Below, in pieces: positions 20,981 through 30,479 of a stretch of 64,000 nucleotides of DNA. The DNA lies in NCBI GenBank assembly GCA_963675495.1, contig OY776215.1:1024001-1088000 (forward strand), read 5' to 3'. The notes under the pieces are model-generated. The model did not search any database, was not told the origin of the DNA, and was given only the letters and a program-made list of their open reading frames with translations. Position 1 is the first letter of the stretch; each line of letters starts with the position of its first letter. The translations under genes and the position numbers were made by a program. Source of the stretch: an uncultured Methanolobus sp. Lineage in GTDB: Archaea > Halobacteriota > Methanosarcinia > Methanosarcinales > Methanosarcinaceae.

Positions 20981-23593
20981 ATGATTTCAAAAAAGTTACA
21001 CATAGTCAGATATTCAATGATATTGCTGATCTTCATATCATGCATTGGAATCGTATCTGCAGCGACAATCACCGTTGGGGACAGCGGAAAGGACCATACC
21101 ACAATAAGCGCTGCAGTTTCTAATGCAAGTTCAGGCGATATTATCCTTGTAAGTGATGGAACTTACACTGAGAATGTAGTTGTCAACAAGGCTGTCACCA
21201 TTATCTCAGAAAATGGTGCTGCAAGCACGCTAGTTCAGTCAACTGGCAGCCATATTATTAGTATAAGCTCTGATAATGTTACCATTAGTGGATTCAACAT
21301 AACCTGTACTGTACCCAGCACCCACGCCGGCATATATGTTTCATCTGCTTCGAATTGTAACATTTCAGATAATAAATTGAATGGAAATTGTTATGGTATT
21401 TATCTTGCTTCTTCAAGTAACAATACTTTAAGCAACAATAATGCCAATAACAATGAGTATGGTATTTATCTGGAAGGTTCAAGTAATTATAATACTTTGA
21501 CCAGCAATAATGTCAGTTCAAACACGGATTACGGTATTTATCTTGATCATTCAAGTAACAATACTTTGACCAGCAACATTGCCAGTGACAATAGGTACGG
21601 TATTAATCTTGGTTCTTCAAGTAACAACACTTTGATCAGCAATAATGCCAGTTCAAACACTGGTTACGGTATTTCTCTTTCTTATGCTAGTAACAACACT
21701 TTGACCAGCAATAATGCCAGTTCAAACACTATTATTGGTATTTATCTTTCTTCTGCTAGTAACAACACTTTGACCAGCAATAATGCAAATTCAAACACGC
21801 CTCATGGTATTTATCTTGATTCTTCAAGTAACAATACTTTGACCGGCAATAATGCCAGTTCAAACAATTATTATGGTATTTGTCTTGATTCTTCAAGTAA
21901 CAATACTTTGACCAGCAATAATGCCAACAACAATGAGTATGGTATTTATCTTGATGATTCAAATAACAATACTTTGACTAATAATTTGATGTCATCAAAT
22001 AGTTATAATTTTGGAATTTCTATTTCATATCTAGAAGATTTCCTGCATGATATAAACGAGAGCAATTTGGTTGATGGCAAACCACTGTATTATTGGACTA
22101 ATCGCTCAAATGAAGAAGTACCTTCAGATGCAGGAGCTGTATATGTGATTAACTCAACAAATATCACTGTAAAGGACATTGAATTAGCTAATGTAGATGC
22201 TGGTATTCTGTTTGCGTATACTAACAATTCAACAATACAGAACGTCACCGTATCAAAAGGCTATACTAGTGTTCTGTTTGCGTATACTAACAATTCAACA
22301 ATACAGAACGTCACCGTATCAGAAGGCTTTATTGGTGTTCAACTGGTATTTTCAAGCTATAACATTCTTGATGCTATCACTGCTAATAATACTGCTTGCG
22401 GTATCTATCTTGACTATTCCAGTTACAATGCTTTGACCAGCAATAATGCCAATAACAATGAGTATGGGATTTATCTTCTTGATAGCAGTAACAATACTTT
22501 AAGCAATAATAGTGTAATAAATAACTCTATCTATGACTTCAACTCCGAGTCGACATCATCTGCTAACATAATAGAGAATCTGGTACTGACAAACAACTTC
22601 ACAGAGATATCGTTTATTAGCGACCCTGGTACTATAGTAAAAGGACTTGAAACTGTTGCAGCAACAGTTTCTGGCAAAATTAGCATGAACCATTATGTGA
22701 CTATTGTCAATTCAAGTGCATCACCTATGAACTTCACATTTCACTATAATGATTCCGGGCTGAGTACTACTGATGAATCTTCTGTGGCGTTGTACAGGCT
22801 AAATGGCAGCGAATGGCTTGCAGTTTCTGGAACTTCACTCAACACAACCGGTAATTATGTTTCTGCCAATCTCACAGAATTCGGTACATTCGGAATCTTT
22901 ACAGGTGGTGATATTTCCATTTCCTCAAGTTCATCCAGTTCCAGCTCAAGTGGTGGTTCTGTAGCTTCAAGAGTAATCTCACAGGGAACTGTCGAACAGT
23001 TATCTTTAGGTGAGGATGGAGAGATAATGGGTGATACTGTTATTAAATCATCAGACACAAAAGCGACATTAACACTGTACAAAGGAACTGTGGCTCTTGA
23101 TTCCTTTGACGAACTTGTGAATAAAGTTATGATCACCGTTCCGGCATCTCTGCCGGCAGACGTTCCTGCAGATATGGCTTATTCAGGTCTTTACTATGAA
23201 TTCGGGCCATCAGGAACCACTGTAAATAAAGATGTCATGGTCACCATCGATTTCGATCCGGTAGAATTTGAAGGTAGAAGTCCGATCATCTATACTTACA
23301 CTTCTGAAGATGGATGGGTAGCCCTGGAAACAACAGTTGACTGGGAAAATGGCAGAGCAACAACAATGACACGTTACTTTTCGACCTGTGCATTATTTGG
23401 AGCCGATGTGGAAGAAGTAGAGGAGAATGTGGTGGAAACAGTGGCATTAGATTCCTCGCCAGTTACATGTGTAGAAACACCGGTTGAGGATGATACAGGT
23501 TTAGGTTACCTCAATTGGATTGCAGGTGTCGGAATTGTTCTGATGCTTGGAATCGTCCTTGTAAGAAAACAAAAGAGTGGTGGAGGGCTTTAA
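20981..23593 (+). CDS. cell-surface parallel beta-helix (NosD/PbH1) protein with C-terminal TM anchor
   Basis: Signal peptide, many GIYL..SSNNTLTSNNA repeats, Ser linker, TM plus basic tail. Confidence 0.85.
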   Translation: MISKKLHIVRYSMILLIFISCIGIVSAATITVGDSGKDHTTISAAVSNASSGDIILVSDGTYTENVVVNKAVTIISENGAASTLVQSTGSHIISISSDNVTISGFNITCTVPSTHAGIYVSSASNCNISDNKLNGNCYGIYLASSSNNTLSNNNANNNEYGIYLEGSSNYNTLTSNNVSSNTDYGIYLDHSSNNTLTSNIASDNRYGINLGSSSNNTLISNNASSNTGYGISLSYASNNTLTSNNASSNTIIGIYLSSASNNTLTSNNANSNTPHGIYLDSSSNNTLTGNNASSNNYYGICLDSSSNNTLTSNNANNNEYGIYLDDSNNNTLTNNLMSSNSYNFGISISYLEDFLHDINESNLVDGKPLYYWTNRSNEEVPSDAGAVYVINSTNITVKDIELANVDAGILFAYTNNSTIQNVTVSKGYTSVLFAYTNNSTIQNVTVSEGFIGVQLVFSSYNILDAITANNTACGIYLDYSSYNALTSNNANNNEYGIYLLDSSNNTLSNNSVINNSIYDFNSESTSSANIIENLVLTNNFTEISFISDPGTIVKGLETVAATVSGKISMNHYVTIVNSSASPMNFTFHYNDSGLSTTDESSVALYRLNGSEWLAVSGTSLNTTGNYVSANLTEFGTFGIFTGGDISISSSSSSSSSSGGSVASRVISQGTVEQLSLGEDGEIMGDTVIKSSDTKATLTLYKGTVALDSFDELVNKVMITVPASLPADVPADMAYSGLYYEFGPSGTTVNKDVMVTIDFDPVEFEGRSPIIYTYTSEDGWVALETTVDWENGRATTMTRYFSTCALFGADVEEVEENVVETVALDSSPVTCVETPVEDDTGLGYLNWIAGVGIVLMLGIVLVRKQKSGGGL
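21390..21985 (+). repeat. tandem ~66-69 bp coding repeats (beta-helix rungs)
   Basis: Recurrent GGTATTTATCTT..TCAAGTAACAATACTTTGACCAGCAATAATGCC units. Confidence 0.85.
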
Positions 23594-23698
23594 GCCTTCC
23601 AATTCTTTTTTTTAAATATCAATTACGCCCCTTCACTTTTATTGAATAAGAGATTTCAACAGAGCCCATAAATTGATAATTGAAATGGGGTATTTTTC

Positions 23699-23745
23699 TG
23701 TACTAATTTGAATGTTGTACATAATCATAACGATTAAGTATATAT
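23699..23745 (+). promoter_or_regulatory. TGTAC-N13-GTACA site plus BRE/TATA, copy 1
   Basis: TGTAC taatttgaatgtt GTACA TAATCATAACGATTAAGTATATAT. Confidence 0.7.
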
Positions 23746-23967
23746 CAATGCATTATTTATCTTAATCTAGTAATAATTGATAGAACTGGAATACATCAAA
23801 AAATACGTAGAAGATGCTAATGAAAAATAACTCAAATCCTTTTGCTTTCTTGGCCAGAAGTTACAGGGACAGTAAGTAGAATTCATTAGAGATCTGCTAT
23901 TTTATTTTTTGATTATATCCATGTTATATTTAATGCACAGATATTTCAGAACCAATGCATTCGGAGG

Positions 23968-24795
23968 GTGAAAATGACTGTATTAAGCATATTAGGTTGC
24001 AAAATGCTTCAGGATGAAGTTGTATGGCTTTTGAGCAATGATTCCAGAATTTCAAAAGTAATGATTGTGGAAAGTGAAAATATTTCTGAATTCATTGGGA
24101 AACTTGATGAGCAACATACATCTTATGAAATTCTACAACTTGAAACTATCTCAAATATCCTTAAGGATGAAGATAAGGATGAACTAACTGTTGTCGTTAA
24201 CTTCCTTGAACTTCAACTTCATGTAGTGCCAAAAAAACTAAAATCTGGTGTTTATGAAACCATAGAAAAAATGACACCATTTTCCAGTGGGATCCTCCTA
24301 TTTTATGGCCTCTGCGGTAACGTTCTGGGTAATGTAGAAGAAGATTTCTGTCTGGAAAAAGATGGTTGTGTCGTGAGAATACTCAGAGACGATGAAAGAA
24401 TTGTTGATGACTGCATAGGGGCAACTGTCGGGGGTGGTGCAAACTACTTGAAATTACTGAAAGAAAACAGTAAAGAGCCTGCATTCTATTTCACACCCAT
24501 GTATGTCAATTCATGGAAAGAATTCAATATTTCAGGCTATGATTATAATACAAACCCTGAAAAAGCAGTGAAGATGGACAAAATGATCAATGACCTGGCA
24601 GGATACTCAAGAGTTGCAAAGGTCAATACCGGTCTTACATATGTGAAGGATTTTGATGAGAAAATAGAAGAATATGCAAAAATATTTGGATACAGTATTT
24701 TTGAGATAGATGGCAATCAGGAAATATTCGAGAAATGTTATGCTTCAATAAAAAATGAAATAACCGGCGAAGATTCAGTGAACGGATGTAGCTGA
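23968..24795 (+). CDS. DUF1638 domain protein
   Basis: GCKML, LHVVP, FYGLCG, DDCIG, FYFTP, VNTG motifs. Confidence 0.82.
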   Translation: MKMTVLSILGCKMLQDEVVWLLSNDSRISKVMIVESENISEFIGKLDEQHTSYEILQLETISNILKDEDKDELTVVVNFLELQLHVVPKKLKSGVYETIEKMTPFSSGILLFYGLCGNVLGNVEEDFCLEKDGCVVRILRDDERIVDDCIGATVGGGANYLKLLKENSKEPAFYFTPMYVNSWKEFNISGYDYNTNPEKAVKMDKMINDLAGYSRVAKVNTGLTYVKDFDEKIEEYAKIFGYSIFEIDGNQEIFEKCYASIKNEITGEDSVNGCS

Positions 24796-24799
24796 TTTT

Positions 24800-25060
24800 T
24801 CTTTTTTATCAGGTTGATAAAAACCCATTTTTTGCAATGTTTCGATCTGTTCATCGAAACGTGTTTCAGCTCGTCCTAAACAATTGGCACATTGATCAGA
24901 TCCTGCCGCAATTTGCTTGAGCTTATCGAAATTGTTTTTTAAATGTAAAATATTATCCTTTGATAATTCTCCTTCTTTTGCATAATTGGCTAAACCTTCA
25001 AAATGAGCAATAAAATTTGGTTCACATCCACTGATGTCACCAGAATTTGAGGGGACGAAT
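24800..25060 (-). pseudogene. remnant of an ArsR/Msr-like regulator (middle part)
   Basis: Reads ..QCANCLGRAETRFDEQIETLQKMGFY.. with no start; homologous to 29220-29275. Confidence 0.6.
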
Positions 25061-25152
25061 TGATGGAATGGGTAGACAAGTCACTGTACATTCAGAAGAA
25101 AAGTAAATGACTTTTTAGACAACAAAATAACAACTGTGTTTAGTCATTTTTC

Positions 25153-25200
25153 TGTACAAAGGCAACTTCAGTACATAATTATAACGCTTAAGTATATATT
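25153..25200 (+). promoter_or_regulatory. TGTAC-N13-GTACA site plus BRE/TATA, copy 2
   Basis: TGTAC aaaggcaacttca GTACA TAATTATAACGCTTAAGTATATAT. Confidence 0.7.
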
Positions 25201-25268
25201 CATACACTCCATGTTATTATTTGCGCCCATTCACGAAAATAGATAGAAACTAATGGAGGAGCTTAAAT

Positions 25269-25970
25269 ATGAAAATACTAGGAATATCAGGAAGCCCAAG
25301 ACCAGAATCACGTTCAGATTCTATTAAAATGGTACAGAAAGTCCTTGAGAACACAGGATGTGAATATGAACTTATTTCATTACAGGGTAAGAAAATCAAT
25401 GGCTGTATCGCATGTATGGCATGCGTTCATGATAATGTATGCAAAGTAAATGATGACATGAAAACCTTGCGTGATAAAATTGTTGAAGCTGATGCATATG
25501 TTTTGAGTGGTGTCAACTACTACAATACGTTGAATGCATTGATGCACTCTTTCATGGAAAGATGGTACCAATTCAGGCACCGTGAAGCTGATATCCTCTG
25601 GGGAAAGCTTGCAGTTACTGTCAGTCTTGGGGGTTTTAATCCTGCACCACCTGCTGAGCTTCTAAATACAATGTGCTTAACCAACTTGATTAAGGTTACA
25701 GATACTATTGAAGGAATAGGTGCTTTTGGCTGTTGTTATTGCGGATATGGTGAAACCTGCAAGGTAGGAGGGCACTATAACAAATATGGACCTGACGTTC
25801 CAATCACTCCGGAAACCATTCCTGATGTTACAAAGGATGAAGCAGTCATGCTTGCAGCTGAGCAGGCAGGTAAAAAGCTCGGTGAACAACTGCGTTCTGC
25901 TGATTATAGCCGTGAGAAAACAACTCAAGAGCTTATGCAAGCTATGTTGTCCATGGAAGGCTATGAGTAA
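25269..25970 (+). CDS. iron-sulfur flavoprotein / NADPH-dependent FMN reductase family
   Basis: GISGSPR, CIACMAC..C; extra CCYCGYGETC motif. Confidence 0.85.
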   Translation: MKILGISGSPRPESRSDSIKMVQKVLENTGCEYELISLQGKKINGCIACMACVHDNVCKVNDDMKTLRDKIVEADAYVLSGVNYYNTLNALMHSFMERWYQFRHREADILWGKLAVTVSLGGFNPAPPAELLNTMCLTNLIKVTDTIEGIGAFGCCYCGYGETCKVGGHYNKYGPDVPITPETIPDVTKDEAVMLAAEQAGKKLGEQLRSADYSREKTTQELMQAMLSMEGYE

Positions 25971-26017
25971 TCATCGTAGTTTATAGATTTATATGAAATG
26001 TTTATTGGAGGAATATT

Positions 26018-26677
26018 ATGAAAGTTATAGGAGTTTCTGGCTCACCATCACCAAACAGTAACACTGACAGGGCCGTTAAAGCAGTACTTGAATCAACTGG
26101 AATGGAAACGGAATTCATTAAACTTAGTAATTACAAATTTGAACCATGCCGTGCCTGTTTGAAATGTGCTACTACCAATGTATGTATTCTTAAGGACGAT
26201 GCAACCGAACTGGCACAAAAAATAAAGGATGCCGATGCACTTGTTGTTGGTGGTTATTCTCCGTATAGCTCACTGGATGGACGGACAAAATCTTTCCTTG
26301 AACGTCTCTATTGCCTGCGTCATCAAAAAGGTCTTATGAGAGGTAAAATCGGGGGCATAGTCATCACATCCGCAGTCCCGCAACAGGAACCATACCCTCC
26401 GGTAGCAGATGTGGGAGTTGCTGTTGTAAAATCATACATGCAGGGAGAAGGAATGAATGTTGTCGGTGATGTGAAGATATTCGGCACGGCAACTTGTGCG
26501 AAATGTGGCTATGGCAATGAGTGTGAGCTCAGCGGAATTAAAGGGATCTTTGGTCCTGATGCTACAGTTGAAGGTGTTGGATGTCCACGTTTCGAGGACC
26601 AGCCTGAAACGTTGAAGGCAGCACAGGAACTGGGTGAAAATATCGCACAGGAACTCAGGAAAGATTCAGACGAATGA
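26018..26677 (+). CDS. iron-sulfur flavoprotein / NADPH-dependent FMN reductase family
   Basis: GVSGSP, CRACLKC..C; CAKCGYGNEC motif. Confidence 0.85.
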   Translation: MKVIGVSGSPSPNSNTDRAVKAVLESTGMETEFIKLSNYKFEPCRACLKCATTNVCILKDDATELAQKIKDADALVVGGYSPYSSLDGRTKSFLERLYCLRHQKGLMRGKIGGIVITSAVPQQEPYPPVADVGVAVVKSYMQGEGMNVVGDVKIFGTATCAKCGYGNECELSGIKGIFGPDATVEGVGCPRFEDQPETLKAAQELGENIAQELRKDSDE

Positions 26678-26794
26678 GGGGATCTGGCATAGTCCGAATG
26701 AAAAGAAAAGAAAAGAAAGTAAGATTTGACTTATTACAAAGGCTGTGACAGTGACAATAATTTAACAGGATTAATATAAGGAGTGAGTTCGAAT

Positions 26795-28024
26795 ATGTCT
26801 AAAATAACCATTGAGCAGGCCATTAAGGACATCAGGGCCGGGCGTATGGTCATTCTTGTGGATGATGAAGATCGAGAGAATGAAGGGGATTTGACCATGG
26901 CAGCAGAGGCGGTGACCCCTGAAGCTATTAATTTTATGGCCAGGTATGGTCGCGGTCTGATCTGCCTTTCCATGACCGGTGAAACGGCTGACCGGTTGGG
27001 CCTCCCCATGATGGTGGAGAAAAACACCTCTTCCTTTGAGACCGGATTTACCGTTTCAATTGAAGCAAAGAAAGGAGTGACCACCGGCATTTCTGCTGCA
27101 GACAGGGCCACCACCATTCAGACTGCCATTGCCGATGCTGCAACTGCGGACGACCTTGTTCGGCCTGGCCACATTTTTCCTCTGAGGGCCAGGGATAATG
27201 GTGTCATGGTTCGTGTGGGCCAGACAGAAGGCTCTGTGGATCTGGCACATCTTGCCGGATGCAAGCCTGCCGGTGTCATCTGTGAGATAATGGATGATGA
27301 CGGTACCATGGCCAGAATGCCCTCCCTGGAAAAATTCAGCGAAAAACATGGCATCGGTATCTGTACAGTGGCGAATCTTGTGAAGTATCGACTGAAGACA
27401 GAATCTTTTGTCAGAAAAGCAGCCGAAACTGTTATTCCCACGAAATATGGCGGTGAGTTTCGAATGATCGCCTATGAAAATGACCTGGATAACCTTACCC
27501 ACATAGCAATGGTCAAAGGTGAAGTCGATCCTGAAAAGGACATCCTCGTAAGAGTTCATTCAGAATGTATGACAGGAGATATTTTCGGCTCCATGAGATG
27601 TGACTGCGACGACCAACTCCATAAAGCCATGGCCATGGTGGAGAAAGAGGGAAGTGGTGTTATTATTTATCTCAGACAGGAAGGCCGAGGGATTGGCTTG
27701 GTCAATAAACTCAAGGCCTACGAACTCCAGCGCCGGGGATACGACACGGTTGATGCCAATCTTGAGTTGGGATTTGATGCCGATATGAGGGATTATGGTG
27801 TCGGAGCCCAGATTCTTACAGATCTGGGAGTTCGAAAAATGCGTCTGATGACCAACAATCCAACAAAGATAATGGGTCTTGAAGAATATGGATTAAGTGT
27901 GGTGGAACGGGTGCCTATTGAAATAATGCCCAATTCGCTTAATAATGATTATCTCAATTGTAAGCAATTGAAAATGGGACATCTTTTAAAAAGGGATAGC
28001 CAATTGTTAATTTGTGATCAATGA
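26795..28024 (+). CDS. ribBA: bifunctional DHBP synthase / GTP cyclohydrolase II
   Basis: DDEDRENEGD, RPGHIFPL, RVHSEC..CDC, QEGRGIGL, TNNP. Confidence 0.95.
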   Translation: MSKITIEQAIKDIRAGRMVILVDDEDRENEGDLTMAAEAVTPEAINFMARYGRGLICLSMTGETADRLGLPMMVEKNTSSFETGFTVSIEAKKGVTTGISAADRATTIQTAIADAATADDLVRPGHIFPLRARDNGVMVRVGQTEGSVDLAHLAGCKPAGVICEIMDDDGTMARMPSLEKFSEKHGIGICTVANLVKYRLKTESFVRKAAETVIPTKYGGEFRMIAYENDLDNLTHIAMVKGEVDPEKDILVRVHSECMTGDIFGSMRCDCDDQLHKAMAMVEKEGSGVIIYLRQEGRGIGLVNKLKAYELQRRGYDTVDANLELGFDADMRDYGVGAQILTDLGVRKMRLMTNNPTKIMGLEEYGLSVVERVPIEIMPNSLNNDYLNCKQLKMGHLLKRDSQLLICDQ

Positions 28025-28242
28025 TTGGCCCGCTTTTCTTTTTCAATCAAGTTATTGGCATGCTTTTAAAATAAATTATAGAGTCAAATAGCTAAAATGG
28101 GCAAGATAATTTTGAAGACTCTGTGAACTAATGAGGGAAGTTCCCGTTTCAGTCACCATTAATTGATATTTGCCACTGGAGTGTTAGCTGTCAACGATTA
28201 TTGGGGAGAAAGTATTTTACAAACTTGAATAGGTTATTTTTC

Positions 28243-28290
28243 TGTACTCAGACGACATCAGTACATAATCATAACGCTTAAGTATATATT
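28243..28290 (+). promoter_or_regulatory. TGTAC-N13-GTACA site plus BRE/TATA, copy 3
   Basis: TGTAC tcagacgacatca GTACA TAATCATAACGCTTAAGTATATAT. Confidence 0.7.
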
Positions 28291-28358
28291 CCTATACTGC
28301 AAATCATTAATTGCGATTATTTACGGAAATGACAGGAACCATTGGAGGAACATTAAAT

Positions 28359-28856
28359 ATGAAAACATTAGTAACATATTTTTCACAGACAGGAAACACA
28401 AAGAAAATAGCTGAAGCAATTTATGACGAGATTACCGGTGAAAAGGACATTCAGGAGATCAAGGACGTAAGCAATCTTGAAGACTATGATCTTATATTCG
28501 TGGGATCTCCAGTAATGGAATTTAACATACCTAAGAAAGTTACAAATTTCATTTCAAATAATGTGGCTGGTAAAAACATAGCATTCTTCATGACCCATGC
28601 TGTTCCAGAAGGATTCGAGGCCATTAAATCATGGACTGGCTCCATCGAGGATTTTGCAGCTAGTGGAAATTTCCTTGGTACATTTGAATGTCAGGGAGAA
28701 CTCGCACAGCCTGTTTATGACATGTTGATTGGATCCGATGACCCGGAAATGAAAGGATTTGCTGAAATGAGTTTATCTGGAAAAGGACAGCCTGACGAAA
28801 TTCATGTACAGATGGCAAAGGAGTTTGCAAAAGAGATTCAGGCAAAAGTCCAGTGA
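28359..28856 (+). CDS. flavodoxin family protein
   Basis: SQTGNTKKIAEAI; close paralog of 20201-20698. Confidence 0.88.
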   Translation: MKTLVTYFSQTGNTKKIAEAIYDEITGEKDIQEIKDVSNLEDYDLIFVGSPVMEFNIPKKVTNFISNNVAGKNIAFFMTHAVPEGFEAIKSWTGSIEDFAASGNFLGTFECQGELAQPVYDMLIGSDDPEMKGFAEMSLSGKGQPDEIHVQMAKEFAKEIQAKVQ

Positions 28857-28884
28857 CCTATTTTCCTATTTTTCTTTTTTGATC

Positions 28885-29280
28885 TCAATTTTGTATACTA
28901 TTCCCAATATCCAATGCTTTTACAAGATCTAGCAGTGAATTAAGGAGATTATGTCCTTTCAGACTGATATGATATTCACCTCGCTCTTCACGCTGGTGTA
29001 TCAATCCTTTGCTTTGCAATTTATCCAGATAGACAGAAGATTTCCACCACGAAGTTTTGTGAGTTTTGAAAGTGCAGTAAATGATTTGCCCTCATCATAC
29101 AATGCTTTCATGATTTGAACTCTTGCAGCGCAGTTCAATGCATCCCCTACCAGACTGGAGATCTCTTTTTCCGGAATGTCCTGCACTTGCATCTGCTCGT
29201 CGTTATCAGAATGGTAGAAGCCCATTTTTTGCAATGTTTCGATCTGTTCTTCGAAACATATTTCAGCTCGTTTAACCTAT
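28885..29280 (-). pseudogene. ArsR/Msr-like regulator pseudogene (C-terminal HTH, frameshifted, 5' truncated)
   Basis: ARVQIMKALY..KSFTALSKLTKLRGGNLL, frameshift, then LDKLQSKGLIHQREERGEYHISLKG. Confidence 0.75.
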
Positions 29281-29590
29281 GTCTGCAGAAAGCTATTAAA
29301 ATTAAAGCAGAGAGAAATTCAAATTCCCGATTCAAAAATGAAAATGCGACTCTAAAAGAGATTATAGAGTCTAATATCTAAATATAGCCTTACTATCTTT
29401 GCAATGGATAGACATTTCAGTTTTGTAATTTCTTGATACCCGGACACTAATCCATTTAAAACAGTGCGTAACTCCCCTCAAAGCTGTATTTGCAAAAATA
29501 CACAACAATAAGGATTGAGGGAACAGGGGAAGAAATATCATATGAGTGTGTCAAGTAACTTATTTGGAATCTGTTGTAGGGAGTGCTAAA

Positions 29591-30046
29591 ATGGCCGATA
29601 AAGCAAAGGAAATATCTTGTCCAATCTGCGGAAAAACAGGAGTTCCTGTTGAAAATTTGACAGTAGAACAAATGGTGAAAGAAGAGTTTGTGGATGAGTT
29701 GAATGATGATGATCACTGGCTTTGCATGAGTGAGGAATGTGAAGTTGCATACTACACCGATTCAGGTAGAAAATTCAATACAGAAGACATAAAAGTACCT
29801 ATCTGGTTCAAGAAAGACGCTGATCCTAAGTACGCATGCTATTGCAACAACATAACTGAAGAACAGGTAATTGATGCAGTGGTCAATCAGGGCCTTGGCA
29901 ACATGAGAGATATCATTGTTTCGATCAACGGAAAAGCCAGAATACGATGCAAGGCCAAAAATCCTACCGGAAAACGCTGTACTAAGGTCTTCAATGAAGC
30001 AATAAAAAAAGGTATGGATATCAAGAACAAAGGAGAACGGACATGA
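29591..30046 (+). CDS. CopZ-N / BFD-like zinc and [2Fe-2S] binding protein
   Basis: CPIC, C..EC, YACYC, C..KNPTGKRC. Confidence 0.75.
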   Translation: MADKAKEISCPICGKTGVPVENLTVEQMVKEEFVDELNDDDHWLCMSEECEVAYYTDSGRKFNTEDIKVPIWFKKDADPKYACYCNNITEEQVIDAVVNQGLGNMRDIIVSINGKARIRCKAKNPTGKRCTKVFNEAIKKGMDIKNKGERT

Positions 30047-30453
30047 AAATAGCCGTCAGATACTATACCAGATCAGGAAACACAAAAAAAATTGCAGATG
30101 AGATTGCGGAAGCAGTTGGAGTAGAGGCGCTGCCAGTCACTCAGCCAATTACTGAGAATCTGGATATTCTTTTTCTGGGAAGTTCAGTTTATGCATCAGG
30201 AGTTGCAGCCGATGTTAAAAAATTCATAGCTTCAATTGACTGCTCTATTGGAATGCTTGTTAATTTCAGTACTTCTGCATCGTCTAAATCTACATACGAA
30301 CGAGTAAAAAAGCTTGCAGATGACAAAGAGATCAAAATATCCGATAAAGAATACCATTGTCTGGGTTCTTATGGCCAGAGGAATAAAGGCAAGCCAGACG
30401 AGGAAGATATTCAAAATGCTGCTATCTTTGCAAAAGAGATCGTGCAATCATGA
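30043..30453 (+). CDS. flavodoxin family protein
   Basis: TRSGNTKKIA; overlaps the upstream stop (ATGA). Confidence 0.85.
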   Translation: MKIAVRYYTRSGNTKKIADEIAEAVGVEALPVTQPITENLDILFLGSSVYASGVAADVKKFIASIDCSIGMLVNFSTSASSKSTYERVKKLADDKEIKISDKEYHCLGSYGQRNKGKPDEEDIQNAAIFAKEIVQS

Positions 30454-30479
30454 TCAACTAAAAATTATCCAATAACAAT

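Noticed and set aside
21390-21985. Regular ~66-bp repeats suggesting a CRISPR array
   Set aside because: In-frame coding repeats of a beta-helix protein; no unique spacers and no cas genes
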